Positions 24,621 through 37,805 of a stretch of 64,000 bases of DNA are shown piece after piece. The DNA lies in the NCBI GenBank assembly GCA_051294375.1, contig CM119265.1:23971308-24035307 (forward strand), read 5' to 3'. The position numbers were made by a program, and so were the translations under genes. Positions within the stretch are counted from its first letter, which is position 1; every line of letters starts with the position of its first letter. The notes under the pieces were generated by a model. That model ran no database searches, was not told the DNA's origin, and worked only from the letters and a program-made list of their open reading frames with translations. This DNA comes from Paraspadella gotoi (Eukaryota > Animalia > Chaetognatha).

Positions 24621-26107
24621 ATATATGGTAATATAGTTAATAATTAACGTTTAATATTTTGGTTGAAATTAAGTTCAAATATTAGGAACTGAAATGAGGC
24701 GATTTCAGAAAATAGTGCCAGAAAGGGAATGGAAAAATAGGAGGGAAAAAGAAATGGCGAAAGGGAGAAGGAAAACAAATGAGCATCGAAGAAAAGAAAA
24801 GAGAGAGAAATTGTGGAGTAGGCCTTAGCAAATTTTATAAAGTTTTTTACAGAATTTAGCACTATAGTACAAATTAGTCCCCTATATGCTACTAATTTTT
24901 TTCTATCTTTGTTTTTTGAAAAATCGATCAATAAGTGCTTGCAACTCTTCAAAATTTGCAAAAAAACGTTTTTTTTCATTAAAAATGATAGATATCTTAA
25001 AAAATATCAGTCGGAATCAAATTTAACCTGCGTCAATTTAAAGAGCGGAAAAAATACTTCATTTTACATACTTTATGTGGAGTCAATGAGAAAATATGGA
25101 GAAAGAAAGAAAAAAAAAAAGAAAAGAAAAATCTCCTCCGGTTAACTTTCATTTCGATTCGATTTAACGGTGGACGCGAGAATAAAAAACTCACACGAGT
25201 TAGAACCAAATAAATAATGATTTGCTGAAAAGAAAAAAAAAAAAGGAGAGACGAGATGTTGGAATAAAAAACTTGGGACGGAAACACAAAAAGGAGGAGG
25301 AGGGAGGGAGAGAGAGCAGAGAGAGAGAGAGAGAGAGGAAGGAGCAGAGAGAGGAGAGAGAGAGAGAGAGCAAACCCCGGGTCAAGACGGACAAGGCGTG
25401 ACTTTATGGCGGACGCGGCGCCAGGGAATTGAGGAGTGGACAGACGGAGGTGCGGGAGATGACCGCGCGCGAGGCGGAGGCGGGCGCGGTGTAGAGAGGA
25501 AGGAGGTGTCCAGAGCAGGGGGGGAGGGGGCGGCGAGGATGGAACCGATGGAATCTCGAGAGATGGAAGTGGAATGCGGAAGTAAGAGGGGAAGATAGGA
25601 GAAGAGAGAGGGAAGGGTGAGAGGAGAGAACAACTTGGAGAATAGAGAGGGAAAAAATAGAAGGGAAATTCGAACGGAATAAGAATAAAGAAGAGAAAGA
25701 AAGAGAAAAAAGAATACGAAAGAGCAAAGAGAAAGTAACGCAATGATTCAATTGGAGACCCGTATGAGATAATGTTTTGTCGCTTTATTTCCGTATGTAA
25801 TTAAAAAACTTCTTCCAGCCCAGATGTCATAAAATAAAATCCGATGTAATCAAAAAACTTTTTCTGACCGGGATATATATTAAAATATACCCGTATATAA
25901 ATGAAAAATCCTTTGTTCGACCCGTATGTCGTAAAAGAGGATGAAAGATGAAAGGACGAAAGTGGCTCTCGATTTGAGGATTCTCTCTTTATTTTTCTCT
26001 TTCGTTTTTCTTCTTTTGACGCCGAATCTTATTTCTTGATTAATATTTTTTTCCTTCGCGGATGAAAAAATTTTTGGGAAAAAAAAGAAAAACCCATTAT
26101 TTCTCTA

Positions 26108-26420
26108 GAAATATGTAAACTTGTTTTAAGTAAATGAAAATGGTTATCAAACATTAGAAAATTTAAAAAAAGAGATTTGACTCGATGAACCTAAAAAAAA
26201 TATGTAAACTTGTTTTAAGTAAATGAAAATGGTTATCAAACATTAGAAAATTTAAAAAAGATATTATTATAAAATTATCAAAACATTAGAAAATTTAAAA
26301 AAGAGATTTGACTCGATGAACCTAAAAAAAAATATGTAAACTTGTTTTAAGTAAATGATAATGGTTATCAAACATTAGAAAATTTAAAAAAGAGATTGAC
26401 TCGATGACCTAAAAAAAAAA
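26108..26420. repeat. AT-rich ~90-bp tandem repeat, ~3.5 units
   Basis: aaatatgtaaacttgttttaagtaaatga..ggttatcaaacattagaaaatttaaaaaagagatttgactcgatgaacctaaaa recurs at 26109, 26198 and 26330. Confidence 0.9.
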
Positions 26421-26705
26421 CTATCGATCCGTCCGCGGTACCAATCCAAATCCATCGATCCGTCCGCCGGTACCAAATCCAAATCCATCGATCCGTCCGC
26501 CGGTACAAATCCAAATCATCGATCCATCCGTGGTACCCAAATCCAAATCCATTGGATCCGTCGCGGTACCAATCCAAATCCATCGATCCGTCGCCAGTAC
26601 CAAATCCAAATCCATCGATCCGTCCGCGGTACCAAATCCAATCCATCGATCCGTCCGCGGTACAAATCCAAATCACATCTATCCGTCCGCGGTACCAAAT
26701 CCAAA
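26421..26705. repeat. ~32-bp minisatellite CATCGATCCGTCCGCGGTACCAAATCCAAATC, 9 units
   Basis: Nine head-to-tail units counted directly, with no spacers. Confidence 0.95.
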
Positions 26706-26891
26706 AACAAATTGCAGACAGTTGGTCCTCATGGGCCCGCGCGGCACCTTCTGCCCCGCACGGACCCGCTCGCCCCGCACGGCACCCGCTCGCCCCGCAC
26801 GGCACACTCTTCGTACGGCGCTGCGCCGCGCAGACCCCGCGCCGTCGCAAAAAAAAAAGCGAAAAGTCGAAAACTCATTTGTCACTTTCCC

Positions 26892-26987
<96 letters not shown>

Positions 26988-27264
26988 GTTCAAGGTTCTA
27001 TTCCGAATTCTCTTCCGCTCCATTTTTTATCGAAACTCACGAAAGTAGCTCCGGCCCCCAAGCGTCTTTGCCGTCGCGCTCCTGCCCTGAGTTCTGCTCC
27101 ACCCGCTCGAGCGAAAACTCCCACAGATTCTTAGTCTGTTTTTAAACTTGTTTCAGTAACTTTCTTTGTCAATCTTAAATGATAAAATGATAAGAATAAA
27201 TACAGTTTTGGCATTGGCGGACAAGAGCATCCTACGTAATTGACATCGCATGCATCAATATTTA

Positions 27265-27430
27265 ACAATGAAATTGGTACAACCAATATAAAAATTATCC
27301 ATTTATTTAATAAATAAGCCATCTTGCCCCTGTCTTTGGACAGGCTTTGGTAGTTTAAGGCCTCCATCACTCCTAGAGCATCTGGCTTCCCTATCAATGA
27401 AGTGGGATAACATTTCAAAGTATTTTTCAA
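27265..27430 (+). mobile_element. Family A copy
   Basis: atgaaattggtacaaccaatataaaaattatcc..ttggacaggctttgg..cactcctagagcatctggcttccctatcaa. Confidence 0.7.
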
Positions 27431-28274
27431 AAGCAAGTGACTTGTAACTTTCTTTCTGTAAATTGTATTGATTAATAAATTAAGGCAATAAAAGCTAAAA
27501 TTAATTAGAATAAATATCTTAACTCACCGTCATATTTTTCAAAATAACTACAGTATATTGACTAAACATATAAGCAATCTAAGGAATGTTTGCTCCTGCT
27601 TCCTCACCTCAACTTCTCTCTCCTTGTAAAAAACTCCATCATCTCCTCTCCTCTACTGGAGCGAGATAATGATCCCCGGCCGAGAAGGGTCGGAGGTCAA
27701 GAAAGTGATTAAAGTCTTGAGTTGATTAAAGCGTCGATTGGTTCTCGTCGATAAACGACGTCGCACATTGGATTTTAATTTAAAGACAAAAAGGGGAATC
27801 CATAGGACGATCGTGATCGCCTGCGTGGCCCTCGGAAGAAAAGGGTAATTTTTAAAGGTGATTGTATGGCAACAGCCGGGTTGCATGTTATGCTTTGGGG
27901 GCTTCCGACCCTCAGTGACGCATCCAGTCACTGGCGCGGTTACCCTAGGACGGTCTCGCTTTTCCAACGCCGAAGGAAGTCGTTCGGAGTGTGGATGGAA
28001 CACTATACCTGGGATAATGTGTTCCGCCTCTGAGCCAATGGATTTGGCTTAACGATGATGGACGTGAGGCGGTGTGAATTTACCGCCACAATTTAATAAT
28101 CAGTGATGCTTGATCAAATATGTCGCGCGGTTTTTTCACCTTCAACTGCGTAAGCCATGAGGCTTAGCTTCGCTCTCAGTCTTTTTCTTTTGCTCTTAAT
28201 CTTGAACCTTTCGCTTTGCCCTTAAACCTCGTCCTACGCCCTTCGCCCTTAATCTTAGATCTTAGTTTCGTTGA

Positions 28275-28415
28275 CGTCTTCGCCTTTTCCCGTTCGTCCT
28301 TCGCCTTTCACTTCGCCCTTTCCCGTTCGCCTTTCGTCGTTCGTCCTTCGCCTTTCACTTCGCCCTTTCCCGTTCGCCTTTGGTCGTTCGGCCTTCGCCT
28401 TTCACTTCGCCCTTG
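28275..28415. repeat. ~45-bp tandem repeat (TTCGCCTTTCACTTCGCCCTTTCCCGTTCG..), ~3 units
   Basis: ccttcgcctttcacttcgccctt occurs three times. Confidence 0.85.
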
Positions 28416-28947
28416 GACCTAAAAATGAATTCTGAGGGGGGGAGTGGAATCGAGGATTCCAGGCGAATCAGGCGGAAAAGTGGAAGCCTGAGGGAAGATG
28501 CGATGAACCGAGGGAAGTGGAGCAAAACAGAAAGGGAAGGGGAGCACTACCGGGAAGCCAGTGGAGCTAAAAAGGGAGCTGAATGAATTCGATTCAGAGC
28601 CTTTGAAGAAAGAAGAAATTGAAATAAATTATCAGTAATAGTCAAACCATACATTGTTTGAAAACAAACTCGTCACACAAACTAACTCACCAACATATAC
28701 CACTTTTCAAACAACACTCTCTTCCAAAACAACAAAACACAATTTCTCCTCATTTAGACAATTTCAAGTCAAACTCTTGGTCACGAAAGAGATGAAACTT
28801 TGGTCCACATCATCGCATCCCTCTCCGAATGACCACAACCCATCCACAACCGATGAAAGTCCAGTGGAGCGAAGAGACCGACGAGGAAGAAGATTCATCG
28901 GCCAAGTCCTCCGGGGAACTGGGCTTCCACCTCCGCGGTCTCGGCAG

Positions 28948-28999
<52 letters not shown>

Positions 29000-29414
29000 C
29001 TCGTTGAAGACCATTAGACGCTGGAGGCAGAGCGAAAGCGAGAGCGAGCCGCGTCTATTTTAGGAGGCGAAAAATCGAGGATGGGTGAAGATCCTGGTTT
29101 TTCGAGCGAGGGGGGGGGGAGAATGGCGGTCTTGTTGTTGTTGTGGTTTCTCGTTTGGTGAAATGACGATCATTGCTTGTTGGATCCGTAATATAAATTC
29201 TTTAGCCATTGCTTCCGACAACGGGATAATAAAAGTAGTCGGTCGGTCGGTCAGTTTGTCCGTCTGTCCGTCTGTCTGTTCGTCTCCCTCTCGGATCATT
29301 TCTAAGAAAATAAAAACGTCGGCCTCAGCTAAAAGGTCGGGGGAAACCGGAAGCGAACGGTTCCATCGGGACTCGACCAGACTTGTTTACGAACAGATTC
29401 GTCTGTAAACACCT

Positions 29415-29451
<37 letters not shown>

Positions 29452-32400
29452 CGACGGCGGCGACGACCGAAGTTAAAACGCGTTCGTTCATCCGTGAAGG
29501 GTTTTTCTCGTTCCTTCCACTGGGCGGGCGAATCTTATCCCAGGCTGAAAGAAAAAAAAATCTGGGTCAGAAAAAAGAAAAACCGGGAAATTCGTTCGCT
29601 TCTCTCTTCTTCTCATTAACTTCCGGAGGAAACGCCCCCGATTTAAACCTGGAATCGAGAATGGAACAAATCGTGAACGGCTGTTAAGTGTCGGGGATTA
29701 TTTTTTTTTCAACTTTAAGTTATAGGTCACTTTGTATGAGTCGTAAGAACATATGGAAACATATTTGTATGCTTAAACATGATTACGGACAATGTCTTTG
29801 AACTTATTTCGTTACAATTATTGAATTAAACGATAAACATTACAGAATAAACTTCAATAAACTTCTTTACGTTTATATATCATCAAAATTTGGATTGGGA
29901 GAATTTCTCTTCGGTGTATCCAATTCGGTAAACCGAAGACAAACGAAGCCTCACGATATTTCGATTCGAATTCGATATTTCAGTCGCTTTTTCTTTGTAC
30001 GACTTCTTCCTTCCACAGTGACAGGAGGCCACCATTTCACCTACCGTGACAAGATGCCACCTTTCTCTACCCCACTTGCTACCCCAACCACCCGCCCTTC
30101 TCTCCTTCCACCGTGACAGGCTGCTACCCTTCCTCCACGGGGATGTCAGGCAGTCACTCCATCCCTCCCCCAAGAGGGTTCAGCTCGAAACTCGGTTTCT
30201 CTTCGTGGGGACTTACTTGGGTGGATTTGACACAAACTAATGGGCCATTTGAAAAAGAGAGAGAGAGAGAAAGAGATTCAGAATGTGAAAATGCGTCTCT
30301 CGAATAACCCATTTGAGAAAAGAAAAAAAAAAGAAAAAAAGTCTCGTATTCCAGATGGAATTCAGTCGGGTACGAATTCAGAAATCAATGAAACGTCCGG
30401 CCCATACGCGCAATACCCACGGACTCGAGTCCGGCCAATGCGCGCAGAACACACGTACTGTTACTCTCTCTAACGGTATCGCTGAATATCAAGGGTGAAT
30501 TGAGCATAACTCAACGAACTTTTCGACACATTATCTAGTGTAGTTAAACCTCAACTTTTCGACACTACTGTGCATTTCAACTTTCAAAACAGTTTTCACT
30601 CTTTTCACTCTTGCGCATGAGCTCACTCTAACTTTCCCCTCCACAACCTATTCACGTGACCACTCACGCTCACACTCTCGCCACGCGCCCTCCCCTTCTC
30701 GACGCCCATCGGTCGCCGTCGAATATTTTCCCCTTTTCATTCTTTTATGCGAGATCGATCGTGGGAGAAGCAGCGTCAACGACGCGTCTCGCGCATGCGC
30801 GTAGAGAGAATTACGCGCGCGAGGGAGTAAGAGCCTCGAACGGTTTAACGCCTCTTTTGCGCGCACTTTTCGCCTGCGCACGTGTTCTGCTCCTACGTGC
30901 GCATTTTCGCATTATGGTGCCTTTTCTCTGCCATGTCCCTATTTGAGCCTCGATTAATTAATACTTTCCTCTGCCCTACCTTGCCATTATTCCTCGCCCT
31001 AACATTTGCATCTAGTGCATCTCCTTTGTCCGTCCGCACATCCCTTTGTCCGTACACAACCCCCTCGTCCCTTCATCGCGACTCGCACGGTTTGTCCCTC
31101 ACGACAAAGGGGACAATGGGAAAAGCAAAAAATGCGTTGACCGATTAGCTTTTGTTAGATTTGAATATTTTTCGCTGCGGTGGGACGGACTATGGTCGTC
31201 AGTCTGTCGTTGTTGTCGTTGTTGTTGTCGTTGTTGTCGTCGTCGATTTAAAATTGTTGTTGTCGTTTTCGTAGAGGAAGTTACTGAACATTGACAATAT
31301 TAAAAACGCAGAACAACAAACTAAAATTTACTCTGAATTGATTCAACAATTTGGGGATCAAAAAAGATATTATTAATTTTACGGAAGTCTTCCAAATAAA
31401 TATGGGCTTGAAATCCATTTATATTTTTAATATAAATAAAAACATGTTGATTTCTCGTCGCGTGATGATGTGAAACAAGTTTTCGACTCTTCTATCTCAC
31501 CAAACCGTCAACAAATGACTCACAAATCACGTGATCTTTTTATGAGGCAAAAAGAGTTTTTATCGTTGGACGATTCGGGTTTACAACCTCTCTCGTTTAA
31601 CGTCTTCTTCCTCGTCTCTCTCTCTCTCTCTCTCTCCTCTCCTCCTCTCTCTTCTCTCCGCGTCTCTCGTCCTCGGTCCGTCATCTCGTCATCTACGTCC
31701 ACGGTCGTCGTCACTCTTGCCATTACTACGTCGCCGCGCATGGCGATGATTCATACAGGAATTCGGACAGTCTAACTTAGTCGCCCGCCGGCGAGCCGGT
31801 GCGGTGAGTTTCGGCCGCTTGACGATGCCCAGGCGGGACACGCCAAAAACGAAACGGAGGCACGAGGCGCGCCATCGCAGGGGTTTTAATCTGGCCGCGC
31901 CGGGGATCCGTGCTAATTTCCGTCTCGGCCTATGCCGGCGTCCGCAAAACTGAAGGGTCATTTCCGTTCGCCGGAGCGTTCCCTACTGTTGTCCGGTGCG
32001 GAGATGGATACTACAACGAAGTTTCTGTCTTCATCGTCTTCCATCTCGTGCTATCGTTCACTCTCTCCTCCTGCTCTCATCATCCTCGGATCGTCTCTCT
32101 CTCGATCTCTCTCTCGTCTCATCTGCTCAGTTCTGCTTCTCTCTCTCTCCTCTGGCTCTCTCGCACACCGTCTCTTGTCCCCCCCTCCACATCGNNNNNN
32201 NNNNNNNNNNNNNNNNNNNGGACTTTGCCCTGCAAAGAGGGAGTGTACGAACAAGTCTAAAGGGGTCAGAGGAAAAAGTTGTGAGTCGTGAGAGTGTCCG
32301 AGTTTCGTACGAGTCACGAGTGTCCGCGATGACCGCGCGCGAGGAGAAAAAAAAAACCTTCCAAATTCTACCCGCGGGAATAACTTTTTTCCAGAGACGA

Positions 32401-34954
32401 AAACATTTAATATCCCCATCCCGTCGCGCATCGTTGCTTCTCTTCATATCGTATGAGAGTCCTTATTGCACTGCACCCCTTTGACACAGTGAAAAGAAAC
32501 TCACTGACCTGTCAGTGCCATCACAATTTTGCTATTTTGTGAAATGGTTAACGCCGGGCAAACAATGTCCAAATTCGACTTTCAGTCAAACAATTTTCAA
32601 TAATTCATTTCTTTCGAAAGTTACAAACATGATTCTCCACCAACCTTCGCGAATACCTCACCACCCAAAAAGTTTAAATCTTTCCCACTCAACTCCCCCC
32701 CCNNNNNNNNNNNNNNNNNNNNNNNNNNNNNNNNNNNNNNNNNNNNNNNNNNNNNNNNNNNNNNNNNNNNNNNNNNNNNNNNNNNNNNNNNNNNNNNNNN
32801 NNNNNNNNNNNNNNNNNNNNNNNNNNNNNNNNNNNNNNNNNNNNNNNNNNNNNNNNNNNNNNNNNTCGTGTGAGGTTAAGGGTAAGTTCTCTCGAACCTC
32901 GAGAGAAAAGGTCAGGGGCTGGTTTGTTAGGGCGAGGCGAAAGGATTAGGTTTAAGGCCAGTTTTCTTTAGATCTAGTTTTGACGAAAGATAAGCTAAGG
33001 AAAGAAAGATTACTATACAGTTACGAATTTTGTGGTCAGCAACCGACAAGACAGAGAGGGAGAAGAATAGGGACATACAGTCAGACAGATAGACAGACAG
33101 ACAGAGATAAAAACGCCTCACAGCTCAGATACGTCAGGCTCCTCATAAGTTTTGCACCTACGGCGCATGCGCGTAAAACACATGCTCGTACGGAATGCAC
33201 GTGCAAAGCCTGAAGACGAAAAACCGGGGAAAAAAAAAAAAAGAAGGAGAGAGAAGACTGGAGAGATCTTAATTCTCGCGATAATAGGTAATGCGTGAGA
33301 GTGATGCCTTATCACGTAGGAATCGATGGCAGACAGCGAGCGAGAAAGATGGAGAGAGAGAGAAGAAGAAAGAGCAAGAGAAAATTCATCTCTTGCGTCT
33401 CCTCGTGCGCGCGTGCCTGAAGCGAGACGTGTCGAAGCCGCCTCGTCCGTTCCAGCGGTGCGTGCGTCGAGCGCGCGGTGCGCGGTCCGATCTGGTGCGC
33501 TCCGTCCGCTCAGCTCTCGATGGTGCACGTCTTTGTAATTTAAGGCTCATTCCCCACGGGCAATCCTCATAACCAAGGTGGTGCGTAGGAGAGGCAAAGA
33601 GTGGCGATGATATATATCCACTCTGATGTTCTACGGACCACACAGTCTATTTGGTTTTGCGGAAGGTACGTAGAGAGATAAAGATTAAATATGGACTGAA
33701 GAGAAGAAGTTGAATGTACACGGAAGAGAGAGTGGAAGAGTAATAAGAATGTGGATTTGTATGTTATGAATTAGAAATAAGCAGAATGTAGGAACGAGAG
33801 TAGAAGAGTATGGGATGTAATGGAGGCGGAGAGGAGAGAGGTTGAACTTAGAATTGAACCGGGTTCGCAGAGCATTAATAGGAAAGTGATGAATAAGGGA
33901 CTAGAGTAAAAAATAAATCCATACTTACTAATAATATTGCGCACGAGATAACACTAATTATTTTATGGGGGCTTGACATAGACTCGAACGTTAAGCACGA
34001 GAAGACAGGGAGCCTAGAGGCATTCATCTGAAGAACCCAATTTGAGTGCGCGTGCGCGAGGAGTCCGCTCTTAATTCATAAATTTCTCATTAGAGGTTAA
34101 TCGTACTCAGATACTTAATGCACCATTCACACACTATATTCTTGATTAAAAACGAAATAGAAAGAAAGAAAAATTAAAGAAGTCTCGCTTAAGGTTCTCT
34201 TTTTGTTTTCGGAGAGGTAGGAGATAAAGTTTGTTGTAGTTTATGATTGNNNNNNNNNNNNNNNNNNNNNNNNNTTTCATTATACTTTATAGATGTTGAG
34301 TATTTCGTCATTTGTAAGTCCTCGTTATTGATATATACGTATTTTTAAACTGTTTATTTTTATACATATGAGGTTGGTTGTTATTTACCTTCTCAGCAAG
34401 TTCAAAATTCATAATGAAACAAAAGTACTTGTATTATTTGTAAAGTAAAAAGAATGTGACGTCGCGAGGCTCAGTCTAGTAACTATTTATTTGGGTCAAA
34501 ACGAATTCGTCCACATTAGATTATGATTTTTAAAAATAACTTTGTAAGATTGAGGGAAAATTAAGACGATGCCGACACTGGGGCCGTCAGGTTTCGAGAC
34601 TGCTGCCGGTGCAAAACCGAGGTGAATGCCGACACAGACATCGGCGTATTCTATTGACCGCGCCGCCGCCGCTTCCGTCGCAGCCGCTTCCGCTTCCGCC
34701 GCCGCCGCCTCTGCCGCCTCTGCCGCCGCCGCCGCCGCCGCCGCCGTCTCGACCCGTTGACCACAGGACGAAACCGTGAGCCTTAATTTTCCGCTCGACT
34801 TGATTTTTGTCGCAGATGCAAAAAGGGCTAAGCGGGGTGGAGAAGGGGGGGTTGTGATGGAATCGGTTGAGGGGTGTTGAATGTCTTGGAGTGACGGGAT
34901 GCGTTGGTTGGATCAAGAAAGGCGGATTTTGAGAGTCGGGAGGAAGGGGACTGG

Positions 34955-35150
34955 ACAGTGGGAGTGGACTTTTTATACAATTGAAACATTCTTTGAAATA
35001 TTATACCAATTTATCGATAGGGAAGCCAGGTACTCTGGGAGTGAACAAACGAGACTGTGAGAGAGGTTTGATTGAAAGCTTGCAGGGTTCGGTAATGTTA
35101 TTATCTTGTAAGAAGGATCGAGGCCTTAAACCAGAGTCTGTCCAGTCATG
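34955..35150 (-). mobile_element. Family A copy (inverted)
   Basis: Reverse complement aligns by eye with 1330-1520 (gggaagcc, actctgggagtgaa, gactgtgagaga, aagcttgcaggg, ttatcttgtaag). Confidence 0.75.
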
Positions 35151-37249
35151 AGAAATTGAATCCAATATCAAGCATCAATTATTCTGATTTTCTAAATCGA
35201 AGGGCGAAGAAAAGTTAGCGGTGATCACAGAGAAAGAGGAATGACTAATTGACTATTTGAGAATAAAGAGTGAGAGAGGAAAATTGAGAAAATCTAATTT
35301 TTTGAAAAATGAGGCTAAGGGATCAGAATTAGGGTGAAGGGTGAGAAAAGCAACAGGGAAGTGAAAGAGGAGCTCAAGAGCAAAGAGAGAGGAGATACAG
35401 ATGAGTATAAGAAGAGAAAAAGAGAAGAGAAGGAGCGAAAGATAAGTGAAAGAGAAGAGTAACGGGAGTTGAGTGAAAGAAAAGCTAAGGAGGTCGGAAG
35501 GGACGTAAACTGCTTCCGATTCAAGATTAATTCCATTTACAATTCGGATCGGATTCGGTTCCTTAGCAACGAAGAACGCGAGAGAGATTCCGTTACAATT
35601 AGACTGGAAGACGAAACCAGTCGAAGCCCGTCGATGAAGAGAGAGGGTAGGGGAAGATCCTTATCTCCTTTTAATTTGGGTAAGGAAGTCTTTGGAAGTT
35701 TGGTCAGGTCGCATTTGAGAATCAGCTGTTTGGTCAGCCCGAATTTTGGTTCCATGGAAATGTCCTGAATACTGAATAGTCTATTTTACGCTGCTTGACC
35801 GTAGCTGCAATGTCTGTCTCTCTGCATGTCTGTCTGTCTGTCTATCTGTCTGTCTTTCTGTCCTGGTCTGTATATATACTAATTAGGAGGACACGACCAT
35901 ACAAAAGAAATGCTTAATGCTACGAGGCCGTGAAGTCTTTTCGGGCAGCTGGATTTGTCTGAGTTGTTCTTCTTTCTAACGAACCTTCGCGCGCTGTCGC
36001 CTCAAGATCGGTTGCGTCAGTTGCATAAGCGTATAATACGTATGGACGTATTACGAATGGATGTATTACAATGGGCTTTTTTAACCTACACGTTGTCATC
36101 ATAAATGGCGGTTGATGAACAAAGAATCAAAAAGAAACTAATAGATTAACTGCCATTTTTTTTCATAGTAAGATTTGTGCACAAAAAAAAAGCATCTGCA
36201 TAAGATCACCAAATTTGCCAGCAAAGGGGCGTCTCATGGTGTCGGAGACCTCGGAAAATGGGGCGTGTGCCTTCCGGCGCGAGAGGTCGCACGATCGAAT
36301 TCGCCGGAAGAGGCGCGGCGAGACGCGGCGTAGACGGCGAAGCATAATAATATCGTTCATTTTAGTCTGAGTCTAGTAAGCATGAAGAGAGATGGGGAAA
36401 TAGAGATGGAAATTGAGAGAGTGCAGATGAATGAAATGGAGGGAAAAAGAAGGGAGGAGGGGTAGGAGGATGGGGAGTGTAGGGTGGGAAGATCGAGGGG
36501 AGAGGGGAGTGGGGGAGTGAGGGGTGAAGGAGGAGAGGGATCGAGAGAAAGATAGGAATGGGAAGGGGAAGCGGAAAAGGGAGAAAATAAAGAGAAAATA
36601 AAGGTGAGAAAGGAAACTAGTATGATAAGAAGAAGATAAGAAAAAACAATAGAAAAAAGAAAGAGGCGAAATGGAAATGAAAAAACATTTTTTCTTCTCC
36701 TTCCGAGAGCTCGACGACTGTTGGAGACTTAATGCGGAAAGAAAGAAAGAAGGAGAGAGAGAGAGAAAAGAAGAGAGAGAGGAGAGAGAGAGAGAGACGA
36801 GAGCACCCGGCAGAGAGCACAGCAGACGCAGAACGAGAGAGAGCGAGAGAGGCGAGAGAGAAGAGAGATAAGAGCACGAGAGAGAGGAGCAGCGAGATAA
36901 ACGCAAAAGAAGAAAAAAATCGACAGAGAAGAATCGAGAAAAAGAACAAAAAACCGAAAGTGAGAAAAAAGCGAGAAAAAAAGAATGAAATATAAAAAAT
37001 ATAGGAAAAAAGCGAGAAAAAAAATAGACATAAAAGCGAGAATAAAGCAAAAAAAAAAGAGAAAAGCAAATAAAGCAAAAAAAGCGAGAAACGATGTTTG
37101 TTTCATGAGCGGAGATGCTTTTCCGCGCCAGAAAATTAAAAATTATTCTCGCCATAAACCGCACGGAGAAAGAAAGAAAAGACTTCGACTTCGACTCGCA
37201 AATCGCTCGGTTTTCCTTCTTCCGACTGCAATAGGTTGCGGCGATCGAG

Positions 37250-37805
37250 AGTTGCCAGCATCTGTAGGGCGGACATTTATAAGAAGTCGCCGTGAGTGGC
37301 AGTTGCAGGTCTTGCATCTCAGCAAGGGGTGACTCTTGCGGGATGTGCGGTCTGGAGGACGACCCCAGGGCTATTGTCAAAGTGTTTTTTGTTGAAAGGA
37401 CAAATGAACTAAAATATATAAAACCGCGGAATTATTCTTAATGTGGAAAATACGAGCGTATGTTAAGGAAATGTAAATAAATTTTATATTTGAGCTTACA
37501 ACCAACATGAAGTGTTCTGGAAGAGCCAACTGCAGTTGCTTTTTCCGGAAATCCTTCAGACAAAAATCAGAATCTTTTTCACGTACGAATTTAAAGCGGA
37601 AAGAAAAGAGGAATTCAATCTTCAATTCTGTTTGACGAAGAGAGAGCCAGCACGAGACGGAGAGCAGAAAGAGAGAGAGAGAGAGAAATGAGAAGAGAGA
37701 GAGAGAGAGAAGAGAGAGAGCAGAGAGAGAGAGAGAGAGAGAGCGCCTAACAGCATTTAAGCGAAAGTCATAAAAAAGATATTATCGCAGCTACGCTTCG
37801 CTATT
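37250..37805 (+). repeat. Noisy direct copy of 42138-42785
   Basis: Shared gggcggacatttataagaagtcgc, accaacatgaagtgttctggaag, tcagaatctttttcacgtacgaatttaa and gatattatcgcagctacgcttcgcta. Confidence 0.9.

Noticed and set aside
26421-26705. CRISPR array (32-bp partly palindromic repeats)
   Set aside because: The units are head-to-tail with no spacers, there are no cas genes, and the context is eukaryotic.
27650-28160. Possible retroelement coding fragment
   Set aside because: Composition looks coding, but no gag, RT or integrase motif was recognisable in the frames I read.
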